Of a stretch of 64,000 bases of DNA, positions 24,565 to 36,896 are shown one piece after another. The DNA lies in assembly GCF_964213995.1 (NCBI RefSeq), contig NC_135808.1, positions 31,062,001 to 31,126,000 on the forward strand, read 5' to 3'. The translations under genes were made by a program, and so were the position numbers. The notes under the pieces are model-generated. The model saw only the letters and a list, made by a program, of their open reading frames with translations, did no database searches and was not told the origin of the DNA. This DNA comes from Mustelus asterias. Taxonomy: Eukaryota. Each line of letters starts with the position of its first letter. Position 1 is the first letter of the stretch.

Positions 24565-26079
24565 TAGCACTGCTACCTCACAGCACCAAGGACCCGGTTC
24601 GATTCCCAGCTTGGGTCGCTGACTGTGCAGAGTCTGCACGTTCTCCCCATGTCTGCATGGGTTTCCTCTGGGTGCTCAGGTTTCCTCCCACAGTCCAAAA
24701 GATGTGCTGGTTAGGTGCACTAGCTGACTTAGATGGATTCATGATTGACAAGGCACTCAAAGGGGAGATGGATTGTAGAGTTGAGTCGACAGTCAGTTCA
24801 GCCATGCTCTTGTCAAATGGCCAAACAAGTTCAAGGGACCGAATGGCCGACTCCTGCAGCCAATTCTTATGTGATGAGGGCAACCAATCCGTTTTCCTGC
24901 CTGTCCTGTTGTGCAGCCATTGCAACATGGCTCTCTTCAATTTTCCACTCTCTATCCCCAATCCCGGCCTCTCCAAGCACCTACCCCCAGATTATAGACA
25001 GTACTCAGGCCCTGCATCATGTTCACATGCTCATAGAATCATAGAATACTTACAGTGCTGAAGGAGGCCATTCAGCCCATCGAGTCTGCACTGACAACAA
25101 TCCCACCCAGGCCCCGTAACCCCATGTATTTAACCTGCTTGTCCCTCTGATACAAAGGGGCAATTTAGCTTGGCCAATCAATATAATCTCATGAATACCT
25201 CCACTTCCTAACCAGAGCTAGGAATATTCAGCACATTGAACCAAGGTGTTTTTGAGATTTTAAAGTACTTGGGGTGGAATTGTGTGAAAAGAAGGCAGAG
25301 AAGTTCAGCGAGCCGGCAAAACAACGGGTCCAAAGGTGGCTTTCCCTACCGCATTGTTTGGCACATACCCATACATAAAGGCCCGATAATTACATTTAAA
25401 TGAATTCAAATGGGAATCCAAACATTCAATGCTATTTCATTGGCTGGGTGGAGGGGGATTTTGGCGGGAGGGGGAAATTCGGAAGGGGAAATTCTGCCAA
25501 CGTAAACCATATTTTGGGACTACTGCTGGATTTCCCACTCCTGTCGTGGAAAATTACCATGTCATATATAGATCCTCTTAATAGCTTCTCTTCCCTTTTC
25601 ATAGTCAACTTCTGGCATTCAACACAAATTGGCAGATTTATTACATTCAATTGCCCTGATAGGATACAAGGCCACAAATTCTGGGCTGCAATGACAGTAT
25701 GTTAACCAGTAACCCTCTCACACTAATGTGCAGAGAACCCTCTCCTAACTGTTTTCCCTGTGCTCTGTTAGGATTTGAGACTTTTATTCTATTTATTTTG
25801 TTTACTAGTATCACACTTTATCAACATTAACACTGCATTCAAGTTATTGTGAAAATCCTCTCATCGCCACACTCCGGCGCCAGTTCGGGTACACTAAGTG
25901 AAAATTTAGCATGGCCAATACACCTAACCAGCATATCTTTTGGACAGAGCACCCGGAGGAAACCCATGTAGACACGGGAAGAACGTGCAGAATCCACACA
26001 GACAGTGACCCAAGCTGGGAATTGAACCTGGGTCCCTGGTGCTGTGAGGCAGCAGTGCTAACCACTGTGCCACCATGCC
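24565..26079. mobile_element. SINE/MITE cluster (V-SINE pieces at 24565+, 25030- and 25820-; MITE at about 25270-25560)
   Basis: Similarity to other copies in the window. Confidence 0.7.
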
Positions 26080-27061
26080 TCCTGTTCACCCTATTCACCC
26101 GCTTCACTTGCAAGTTCCAAAATGATTGCAAGTGATATTGCATTTGTGGCAATGGTTATATTTTATTTGGTATAAAAGGGGAGTGCACATGCTGATATCT
26201 CATCAGCGTAAGATGTTTGAACTGGGGAGTCTCACTACCCTGAAAGGGTCAGCGCCTGTAGCCTGTGTATCAACAACATGTAACCTGTTTTGGATGCACT
26301 CTCCACTTCAGCTGAAGAACCTTTATTTATTCACTAACAGTGACAGTGTGTACTGATGACACTGGGCGCTGGGAGCTGCTGCATGCACAAGTTTGCCCTT
26401 GAGGTGATGATGTCTCCCCATGTCTTCCAGTGACTGACCAGGCCACTACCCTCCAACTGCAGTACAGGTGGCTTCTTGGGCTCTGACTTTTAGACCTTTT
26501 TTTCTGATTCTGACGCCTTTGCTAAATAAGACAAAACCCCGAAGCAGGTCATCTGATTGGCCTTCGGTACCATGGCGATTTATCTCTGGCACCTAACAAC
26601 CCCATTTCATCACCGCCTAGCATGTGGCCGCCATTTTCTTTTTGCAATGGCAGTGGGGGAGGGGAGGGGGGAATGGGGGTGATTAACTCCACATAGTTAG
26701 AACTATAAAACACTAAATGAAGATACTAACACTGAACTAGTGGGACCGATCCATGAGGTACATCTATAGTCTGAAATACAAAACATCAGATCAATAAGAG
26801 GATGTGCAACAATCTATTCATGGGGTACATACATTTTAAAATGCAGGTGTACTACCTGACAGCAGTAGTATAAAATTGCAAGAGTTGCCTCACCATTATG
26901 TCCCGGTAGAAGCACAATCTCCACTTAGACACGAGCCAATGGAGATGGAGAGAGGAGGGTGAATTAATGCAATAAGCCAGGGACACCAACAGTTGGAAAA
27001 AGAGAGTGAGGTGACTGAGTGGTTTTCCATGTTGTTCTGGTAAACTATTTTAAATCTGTAC

Positions 27062-28596
27062 TGTTGTGAAAATCTATCTCGAGCTTTATGTGTTTTAGAC
27101 TGAGGCCGGAATCCTGCGATCTTGTTTGCGTCCACCACCACTGCCAGCGAGAACAGAGAATTTGATGCTCAGCCAAAACTCCATTCACTGCAGCGGGACA
27201 GGAGAATCCCAGCCTTGAGCGAAGTCAGAGAATTGCAGCCTATGACTTTTAGATTTACTAATTAGTTTTAACAGCATGGAATGGGGTCACCTGATTGTGA
27301 AATTGATAAGCAACCCTGAAGTAAATACAAGTCAAACAAGTTTGCAGTTTGTTACATTGTTTTACAAGGTCAGAGTTAATAATGAAATGGCGGCACGGTA
27401 GCACAGTGGTTAGCACTGCTGCTTCACAGCTCCAGGGTCCCGGGTTCGATTCCCAGCCCGGGTCACTATCTGTGTGGAGTTTGCACATTCTCCTCGTGTC
27501 TGCGTGGGTTTCCTCCGGGTGCTCCGGTTTCCTCCCACAGTCCAAAGATATGCAGGTTAGCTTGATTGGCCAGGTTAAAAATTGCCCCTTAGAATCCTAA
27601 GATGCGTAGGTTAAAGGGATTAGCGGGTAAATATGTGGGGGTAGAGCCTGGGTGGGATTGTGGTCAGTGCAGACTCGATGGGCCGAATGGCCTCCTTCTG
27701 CACTGTAGGGTTTCTATGATTTCTATGAAATAGGGTGGAGCCTTGGAAAGTACGTTCACCTAAATAATTTTTGCTGCCAGAAGCAGGCAGTTCAATTTGG
27801 AATCAGACTCGGGCAGTTGGTCTTATGTAGGCTTCAGCTGACTTAGTGGGGAGAGCCAGAGGAAATTAATGTTAATCAGGCCCACACTTAACTTTCACCA
27901 CAAAGACTGGGTGGGGTCTCAATCTCAGTCAGGATTTCATGACAGAAAAGCATTTGGAAGATATTCTTTAGCTTGCAGCTAGTGGGAGAAATCTACTGTG
28001 GTCCTCACTGAATCTTGTGGCAGAAAACAGGCTGCCGTCCATAGCTTAGAACAGGCAAGGAGAAAAAACCTGCCACAAGCTGGGAATCAGCTGTGCGATC
28101 AGCAGCTATACAGAATCTGCTGGAGCAGAGAGGGCCATGAAGAACCAGGAGATCTACCTGATTTCAAATCCATAAGCAGTAAAGCCATGGTTAAGCTGAA
28201 GAGTCCACAGTCATAAAATCACCATGAAAAAGCTGATGCAACGCATCTCCCTGAAATTTGTTACTCGAGGAATAACTATAAATCTAAGGAGAATGAACGT
28301 GAATTTTGGAGGACTGTGACATATCTTTTCTGTTGATCCAAGGAAAAGTGAAAGTGCCTTCAAGAATTCGTAAAATAAGGAACCTCTTTGGAGAAAGGGG
28401 AAGTAAAACGTTGAACTGATTTTATAGCTCAAATTTTTATAAACTGAGAAGGGGACATTTTTTGTTTAATTCTGAAATACAATAAAGTTTGTTTTTTGAT
28501 TGAAAACATGAAATCTTGTGGCATGCTTCTGTTGATTGATTGCTGGGTGTTTGGATTTCTTGTTACACGTTAACAGCCCTTTATAGGATTGTAACA
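27062..28596 (+). mobile_element. Probable solo LTR carrying a MITE (about 27103-27240) and an HE1 SINE
   Basis: TGTT...AACA ends and AATAAA near 28481. TSD not clean; 5' boundary uncertain. Confidence 0.5.
27388..27726 (+). mobile_element. HE1-type SINE
   Basis: Full length, with atgaaat TSD. Confidence 0.92.
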
Positions 28597-28619
28597 GGAT
28601 GCTCCCCTTGCGAACCATC

Positions 28620-29420
28620 TTCGGCCATAATAACACCATAAGATGTGGGAGAAAATGTCAGCCACTTGAGCCATTGAATCTGCTCCACCATTCAACGAGA
28701 TCATGACAGATCTGATATGATAATCTTCAATGCCACTTTCCTGCCTTATCCCCATCACCCTTAATTCCCTTACTAATTAAAAATCCATCTCAGCCTTGAA
28801 CATGCTTAACACAGTGGTTAGCACTGCTGCCACACAGCACCAGAGACTCGGGTTAGATTCCGGCCTTGAGTGACTGTCCATGTGGAGTTTTCATGTTTTC
28901 CCCATGTCAGCGTAGGTTTCCTCCGGGTGTTCTGATTTCATCCCACAGTCCAAAGTTATGTAGGTTAGGTGGATAGGCCATAGTCAATGTGCATGTTTAC
29001 GAGATGACCTGGGTAGAATACTCTTTTGGAGGGTTGGTGCAGACTCGATGGGCTGAATGGCCATCTTCTTAACTGTAGGGATTCCATGGATTAACAACCC
29101 TGTCTCTCTGGCCCCCTGCGGCAAAGAATTCCACAGATTCCCTGCCCTCTGAAAGAAGAAATTCCTCCTCCTCTTTGTCTTAAATGCGACTCTTTACGCT
29201 GAGATTATGCTCTCTGGTTCTAGACTCTCCCACAAAAGGAATCATCTTCTCAGTATCTACCTTGTCAAGCCCACCGTCACTCCCCCCTCCACCCTGAATC
29301 CTGTATGCCTCAATAAGATCGCCTTTCATTCTTCTGAACTCTAATGTGTACAGGCCCAGCCTACTCAACCTCTCCTCATAATGGAAACAGTTTCTCCTTA
29401 TTAACTCCATCAAACCCCTC
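28620..29420 (-). mobile_element. CR1 3' end interrupted by a plus-strand SINE (28810-29088)
   Basis: ORF 29180- contains YEERLSRLGLYTLEFRRMKGDLIE. Confidence 0.8.
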
Positions 29421-31100
29421 GTAACTCTCAACTATTCATCTCCCATTGGGCTTCACAGTTTTAATAATAACAAATCACCAAAGAGATGGAATGCTTCCTG
29501 AAGGAGAGTTGTTGGGGAGAAGATAATAAAAAGTATTGATGGCAAAATAGGATGGATCTCTGGACAGCCACACCTCAGGAAGGAGACATTGGTTTTGGAA
29601 GGAATGCAGTGCATATTCATCATGAGCAGAATTTTATATTCCTCATGGCGGCTTTGTAGGCATGGGTTGACCATGAGATTTCTCGGAAGGCTTTACCACC
29701 GGGCTCCTGGCCACCCCAGCCTCTCTGCAATTTTATGATTGGATTGGTGAGGCCTGGGCTGGCCTGCCCATCCTTACCTTAATTGGGGCCCATAACTGGC
29801 CAGTGAATGCCTGCTTAAATGCTACATCCCGTCCAACCTCAATTTTTAGGATGGTGAGAGGAGTTCATGGGTGGTTGTTAAATAAATGGTGTTCAGGCCA
29901 TGGCTCCATCATTAGCGAACCATTTTGAAGATTGGCAAACCCCCCATTTCCTGCCCCCTCTTGCACCTCCCCTTCCACAGTGCCCCAAAGGTCTGGCCCT
30001 TGCAAGTCTTCCCTTTCCTCCAACCTTTGTACCAACACCCCCTCCCACATTTTCGCACTCCACTGGGCCTCAACTCCCCTCCATGCCCTTGGGCCCCCAT
30101 ACTGGTCTAGCCCTGGATTCCCAGGACTTAGAATCTGGCAACCACTTGCAGTCCTTGTCCCATCCTCTGCAGCTTCTGGCCCTACTTGGACCAGAAGCCC
30201 AGTCAAAATGGCCGACAGCGCCCTGAGGAGAACCTCCTCTTTGTTCCTTTCTTTGTCGACCTATCTCTCTCCCCTGTCTCTAACTCTTGCTCTCCATTAC
30301 TATCTCTCTGTTCTTGTGTCTCTCATTCTCTATCTCTTTCTCCCTCATTCCATTCTCTCTCGCTTTGCCTGTCACTGCCTCTGCATCCACCTATGTGGCA
30401 GTTGAAGGAATTAGTTCTTATATGGCTGAAGCCAGGCAGTTGGGATGAGGCCTTTATGTAATACAGGTGGCCATGTTCTTTTGACCATGTGACTATGTGC
30501 CTGGTCTTTGTCTATATTTGATGCTGCCATGACAAAGCCCCAATTGCATTAAACAAGAGTCGACTACAATTTTTATCACGTGGTACATGCAGAGCAGATT
30601 TGTAACTTGCTGGAGTTTCAGCTGAGCGATGCACTTTACCTTGTCCATGGTTTAAAGGTGGTGCATAAGTATCTTTGTGTCAATACGGGTTTCAAATGTT
30701 CTGGGCATTTCTTTGTGTGCGGATCTGCATGTGTTTAGGAATGAGTGCATATGCAAGGTACAATAATCTGAGGCAAGTGAGAGCATGTATTGAGTCAAGG
30801 TCCTTGAAAATTTGAAAGTTTTTTTTTGTGAACATCTCCCAATTGTCCTTTGAACATAAAAAGAGTCAGCTATATGGTGCCCAGATTTCCCTATAGTTTA
30901 GAGTCTGGCAGAGATAGGTTCTCTTCCTTTAAGCAGTTGCATATTTACTTCTATCTTTATCATAGTGGGTTTCTGGCATTGGCCTCAAATTGGCAGATTT
31001 ATTAAATTACAGTACCCATACCATTACTGTAATTTAAAAACATTCATGCGATGCTGGCATTTAATGCCCATCCCTAATCGCCCTTGAACTGAGTGGCTTG

Positions 31101-31577
31101 TGTGATGATACTGTGCCTTTAAGAAATATATTTATAAAACAGAAGGACTAGGAGCAGGAGTAGGCCATCTGGCCCCTCGAGCCTGCTCCGCCATTCAATA
31201 AGATCATGGCTGATCTTTTTGTGGACTCAGCTCCACTTACCCGCCCACTCACCATAACCCATTATTCCTTTACGGTTCAAAAATGTATTTATCCTTGCCT
31301 TAAAAGCATTCAATGAGGGAGCCTCAGCTGCTTCACTGGGCAGGGAATTCCACAGATTCACAACCTTTTGTGTGAAGAAGTTCCTCCTCAACTCAGTCCT
31401 TATATCATGCTTCTTGTAAGAAACAGGGTATTTTACTGCAATGAGTTGATTTGTCTGAAAAATTATGCATCTCCCTGCTGAGACTGCAGAATAGTACTTC
31501 ATTTTGGCTAATGGTGTGTTTGTCTAACCAGATTTAATGCATTTGTGTTTATTCAGGTTTCCCTTGGGGTTTCAGAC
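31101..31577 (+). mobile_element. LTR fragment interrupted by a young minus-strand CR1 3' end (about 31137-31400)
   Basis: Same 5' end as the 19456 copy; ttata repeats flank the CR1 insert. Confidence 0.5.
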
Positions 31578-32014
31578 TTGTTAGGTCATTCCAGAGGGCA
31601 CTTAAGAATCATCCGCATTGCTGTGGACCTGGAGACCAGACAAATTTCACCATCAGTCAGGGTGGCATTTGAACTCTGGTCCCCAGAACATTACCCTACC
31701 TTGCTGGATTACAAGTCCAGTGACAATACCCGTACACCACTGCCTCTCCTACAACTGTAAATTGTGAGGTATGAATGGATCTGGAGGATTTAAACACCCT
31801 ATTTTTCCAGCCGCGTTTTCATGTATACTCCATGCATGATGGAAACTCCACCACCATCTCCCCCTTCCCCTCTCTCAGTTATGTCATACTATACCTGTAT
31901 CCATAGACAGGTTTAGTTTTTCACTCCACAACAGTATATTTTACTCATTGGTACCATATAACTGGACACAAAGGTTCAAGGAGGCAATATGGGCTGTGTC
32001 AGAAGGATGTAGTT

Positions 32015-32342
32015 ATAGAAACATAGAAAACTACAGCACAAAACAGGCCCTTCGGCCCCACAAGTTGTGCTGAACATATCCCTACCTTTTGGGCCTACCT
32101 ATAACCCTCCATCCTATTAAGTCCCATGTACTCATCCAGGAGTCTCTTAAAAGACCCTATTGAGTTTGCCTCCACCACCATTGACGGCAGCCGATTCCAC
32201 TCACCCACCACCCTCTGTGTGAAAACATCCCCCTAACATTTCCCCTGTACCTACCCCCCAGCACCTTAAGCCTGTGTCCCCTCGTAGCAGCCATTTCCAC
32301 CCTGGGAAAAAGCCTCCGAGAGTCCACCCAATCTATGCCTCA
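32015..32342 (-). mobile_element. CR1 3' end
   Basis: Reverse-complement CR1 3' UTR and tail. Confidence 0.8.
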
Positions 32343-33899
32343 ATTATGCTTAAGACATGCACATTCTTTGCATTGGATGGTAATGATGTTTCAAAATGGA
32401 GACCAACCACATCCGTGCTCGTGGTTCACACATACTCAGTGTGTTGATGCTGCATATGCCCTTTATCATTTACAAATCAACTGCCATCTTTGAAGGAATT
32501 GTTGCTTCCAAAGGTTAACTTACTTCCTGACACTTGCAGTCACCTCCTTCACCCATATGTCCAGGGGCTTCTGCCCTACTCATAAGCTCTGTTAGAACTT
32601 AGATATCTGAACCAATTAACCCTTTAAACCCTTCACTCTCAAGTTCCAAATCTATTCAAAGTGATATCTCCATTTGTGACAGCGGTTATATTTTATTCAA
32701 TATAAAACATGGCAGGACAGGTGCTAACATCTGAGTTACAGTATCAAAGCCCAACAGGTGCATCAGGATATCGTGCCCTGTGTGGAAGCATGTTTTCTAT
32801 GTGACTACCTCCAATGCCTGTGCCTCAGGCACCACCGTTCATTATTGAGGGGCGTGGCCCCTCTGCCAATTCATCCTTCCAGGAAGGTTCACCTTGATGG
32901 TCATAAGGCCCTGGACAAATTTATCTTCACCTCAAGAAAATTATGCAATTGGAGCAGGAGAAGGCTATTTGGACTCTTGAGCTGGAGCACCCATCCTCCC
33001 CTTCCCTATGTCCCCCCACTCCTCCCTATCCTCCCCTCACCACTGCACTGACCCCCAGCACACACCCCTTCCCCCACCACCACCAACATCCCAACTCACA
33101 TGCCTTTTAGATGGCAAAGTCAGTGGAGAGTGCTTTAACCCACTCATTGACTTGCGATAATTTGAGCTGTTCAGTTATAAAGACTGTCATTCATCCATCT
33201 GCCCATCCAGGACATTTTAGACTTGCATGGTCCCCGATGCCAACCATTTCTTCTATTCTTAAAGCTTTATGAGAACCTGGTCAAAGCAGGCAATGTATAC
33301 TTACCTTGGTACACAACCATAATATCTGTGATTCAATGCACCTCTGCTTTCTATGGCCCTTTATCTGGACTTCTTAATGTCTACCAAGGTCAACCATCTT
33401 CACGCACATGCATATACACAGGTATGCACGCATGCACACTCACAAACACACACAACAGGCACACGCACGAATGCATACACACACAGACACACACACGAAC
33501 ATATACTCTCACAAACAAACTCACAGACACATACATGACACATGCACATTTCCCACATGTCACCTGTCTCAGGGCACATCACATTAACAACACTGTCCCA
33601 TGTAAACATGATCATATCACAACTGATAAAATCTCACTCAGCCACTGTCCCTCAGCTGCTTCTCATCACTTAGGAAGCAAACTTGAAGTAGGAGTTTTCC
33701 AGGATTTTCACAGTTCTGGAGCTGTTTTTGGTGCAGCTTTTCCCACAAAGATTTCCCCGCTTCTGAGGACAGACAAAATGTATGATCCTGATGATTCCTC
33801 ACATTGTGATCAGGGTGGTCCACCTGTCAGAAAGACTGTCCGAAAATAAAAATTCCTATTCCTCCATGTATATGCTGCAAGCTTCACTCTCCATGTGAT

Positions 33900-34850
33900 T
33901 CGGGCATGCAGGTGTACAGTCCCCTAAAAGTGGCAACAAGGTGGCCAAGGTGATTGAGAAAGCAAATGGCATGCTTGCCTTCATCAGCCAGGACACTGGG
34001 TACAAGAGTTGGGAAATCATGTCGCAGCTGTATAAAACCTTGGTTCAGCTGCATTTGGAGTGTTGCGTGCAGTTCTGGTCACCACAGGACCAGAAGGACG
34101 TGGAAACTTTGGAGAGAATGCAAAGAAGGTTCACCAGGATGCTGCCTGGTCTCAAGCATGTTGACTATGAGGAGAGGTTGAATAAACGAGGTAAAAAATA
34201 AAAGCAAATTACTGCGGATGCTGGAATCTGAAACCAAAAGAGAAAATGCTGGAAAATCGCAGCAGGTCTGGCAGCATCTGTAAGGAGAGAAAAGAGCTGA
34301 CGTTTCGATTCCAGATGACCCTTTGTCAAAGCTTCAACAAGGGATCATCTGGACTCGAAATGTCAGCTCTTTTCTCTCCTTATAGATGCTGCCAGACCTG
34401 CTAAGATTTTCCAGCATTTTCTCTTTTGTTTTGAATAAACTAGAATAGGAGGCTGAGGGAGAACTGATGGAGGTCTACAAAATTATGAGAGGCATAGACA
34501 GGGCGGGTAGTCAGAGGCTTTTTCCTATTGTGGAAGTGTCAATTACAAGGGGGCACAGGTTCAAGGTGAGAGGGGGAAAGTTTAAGGGAGATGTGCAGGA
34601 AGTTTTTCACTAAGAGTGGTGGGTGCCTGGAATGCGCTACCAGAGGAGGTGGTGGGAGCAGGCACATTAACAACATTTAAGAGGTATCTGGACGGGTACA
34701 TATATAGGGAGGAAATAGAGGGATATGGGCTGAGTAAGGGCTGAAATGGTTTTTTTTAGTTTAGTAAGGACATCATAATTGGCACTGGCTTGAAGGGGCG
34801 AAGGGCCTGTTCCTGTGCTGTACTTTTCTTTGTTCTTTTGTTCTTTGTTC
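33900..34850 (+). mobile_element. CR1 LINE 3' portion
   Basis: HLECCVQFWSP and RRFTRMLPG motifs; interrupted by a fold-back element at about 34190. Confidence 0.9.
34190..34430. mobile_element. Penelope-derived fold-back mini-element, family B
   Basis: About 95-bp inverted arms; TSD ttgaataaac (34178, 34431); variant hammerhead TTGACAA...GAAACGTC. Confidence 0.78.
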
Positions 34851-35545
34851 TTAAAAACCCAAGCTGTGATCTTTAATTATGCCAGTGATAGAAGGCAGGT
34901 AATTGTGTGTGATCCAATTAGAGTTTGTCCTCTGTCAGTCAGGTTCCTATAATCTCTACTGTTACAAAATCATGCAGTATATGGAATTAAACACACACTT
35001 AACTGCAAATACTTACAGCAGAGCCTGACAAGTTTAGTCTGGATTGAAATATGATATAATTTCAGTATACAGACTGTACATGCTCCAAACCCAATAATTT
35101 CCTCTGACATTTTTCATTACTTACTCTACATACAGATTTGAATGATTTTGCATTAGTTAATACGCGCTGTATAAAACGATTATTAAAAGCCTCTTATAGT
35201 ATCCCTTATCAAATGCAGTTGTAATGAATGATTTTTCTTTAGTTCATTGAAAGTCCACTACTTCATGACCTTATTGATTGTTTCATGCCTATAGCTATAT
35301 TACCAAGTGAAAGCTCTAACTACAAATAGACCAATACATTCCAACCTCCCGATTCAATGAAGGATGATTCTTCCTTCTGCCATACTCACCTGTCAACAAA
35401 TGACAAATACATACACTAGTCTATTTTTCAACTTAATGTCTAAACTGATCATTGCTTTAAAAATAAGTCTTAATCTAATTCTACCATCATTGAAAAAAAG
35501 TTATTTATCAACCTCAAGTAATAGTCAAAAGCTGAAGTTTAATAT

Positions 35546-35850
35546 TATAGATTCACAGAATCCTGCAGTGCAGAGGGAGGCCATTCAGCCCATCGAGTCT
35601 GCACCAACCACAATCCTACCCAGGCCCTATCCCCGTAACCCCACATATTTACCCTGGCTAGACCCCTGACACTAAGGGGCAATTTAGCCTGGCCAATCCA
35701 CCTAACCCGCATGTCTTTGGACTGTGGGAGGAAACCCACACAGACATGGAGAGAATGTGCAAACTCCACACAGACAGTGACCCAAGCCAGGAATTGAACC
35801 CGGGTCCCTGGTGCTGTGAGGCAACAGTGCTAACTACTGTGCTACCATGC
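35546..35850 (-). mobile_element. HE1-type SINE
   Basis: Reverse-complement copy. Confidence 0.88.
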
Positions 35851-35921
35851 AAAGGGAATTGAGTAAAATGTTGGCAGCATTCACCAGTCTACACAGATAC
35901 AGTGCCATTGGTTAAAACACT

Positions 35922-36140
35922 ATCACTTCTCGACCTTTGGGCTAAGATCAAGAGTCAGATCAAGCCCAAGGTGGGATGCCTGATCTTGGCAGCTTATATA
36001 TTGTATGTCTCTCTTGTGGGGACCATGAATTGGAATCAATTGGAATTTAAATTTGTTTTTTGGAGCAAGCAAGGAGATGGATTCAGGCTTGCCCTATCCG
36101 CTCTGCACATTGGCTTTGTAACTTTAAGAATGCAGTCATT
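35922..36140 (+). pseudogene. U2 snRNA-derived sequence (divergent pseudogene or U2-headed retroposon)
   Basis: atcacttctcgacctttgggctaagatcaag matches the U2 5' end. Later segments align to stem II, the Sm-site region (tttttggagca) and 3' stems. GTAGTA is absent. Confidence 0.85.
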
Positions 36141-36209
36141 TTTTTTATTATTGGTTTAAACATGCTTTCAATCTGGGTCATTCTGGCTGAGTAGAATGCA
36201 GTAGCTATA

Positions 36210-36475
36210 TCAACAAAAAACGCTGGAAAATCTCAGCAGGTCTGACAGTGTCTGTGCAGAGAGAATAGCGCTAATGTTTCGAGTCTGGATGATCGTTCAT
36301 CAGATCGGAAGCATCTGTGGAGAGAGTATAGAGCTAATGTTACAAATCTGGATGATCCTTCATCAGACTTGAAACATTAGCTCTATTCTTTCTCCTCAGA
36401 TGCTGTCAGACCTGCTGAGATTTTCCAGCATTTTCTGTTATTGTTTCAGATTCCAGCCACACCACTTTGCTTTTT
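36210..36475. mobile_element. Penelope-derived mini-element, family B, with tandem and inverted units
   Basis: Two minus-strand CTGATGA cores in tandem; TSD atgcagtagcta (36196, 36476). Confidence 0.75.
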
Positions 36476-36559
36476 ATGCAGTAGCTACATGTTAGGAATT
36501 CTGTTTTTTTGTTGTATTTTGTAAGAATATAATGTACACAGCAGTGAGATCAAGGTTCA

Positions 36560-36852
36560 GGTGGCACAGTAGCACAGTGGTTAGCAAGGCTGCTTCACAG
36601 CGCCAGGGACCCGGGTTCGATTCCCGGCTTGGGTCACTGTCTGTGTGGAGTTTGCATGTTCTCCCCGTGTCTGCATGGGTTTCCTCCGGGTGCTCCGGTT
36701 TCCTCCCACATTCTGAAAGACGTGCTGGTTCGGTGCATTGACCCGAACAGGTGCCGGACTGTGGTGACTCGGGGAATTTCACAGTAATTTCATTGCAGAG
36801 TTAATGTAAGCCTTACTTGTGACTAACAAATAAACTTTACTTTTTAACTTTA
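36560..36852 (+). mobile_element. V-SINE with an alternative 3' tail (as at 25820 and 21200)
   Basis: Same head and core as HE1 but tail ...gtaagccttacttgtgactaacaaataaactttac. Confidence 0.85.
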
Positions 36853-36854
36853 CT

Positions 36855-36860
36855 TTTATT
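36855..36860 (-). promoter_or_regulatory. Candidate polyadenylation signal AATAAA of the TRIM gene
   Basis: tttatt on the plus strand about 37 nt past the stop, at the edge of a SINE tail. Usage unverified. Confidence 0.4.
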
Positions 36861-36896
36861 TCTATTCCTTGGCTGTCACCTCTGCAATACAATGCT

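Larger units (their letters stand above)
30410..32710 (+). repeat. Old tandem duplicate of 23890-26180 (collinear non-coding blocks)
   Basis: Shared blocks include gcctggt.tttg.ctat, aaatgtt.tgggcatttct, caaattggcagatttatta, and caagttccaaa...aagtgatat...ggttatattttatt. Confidence 0.75.

Noticed and set aside
33223-33849. 208-aa ORF
   Set aside because: Non-ATG start, crosses a degenerate (CA)n tract, no domain.
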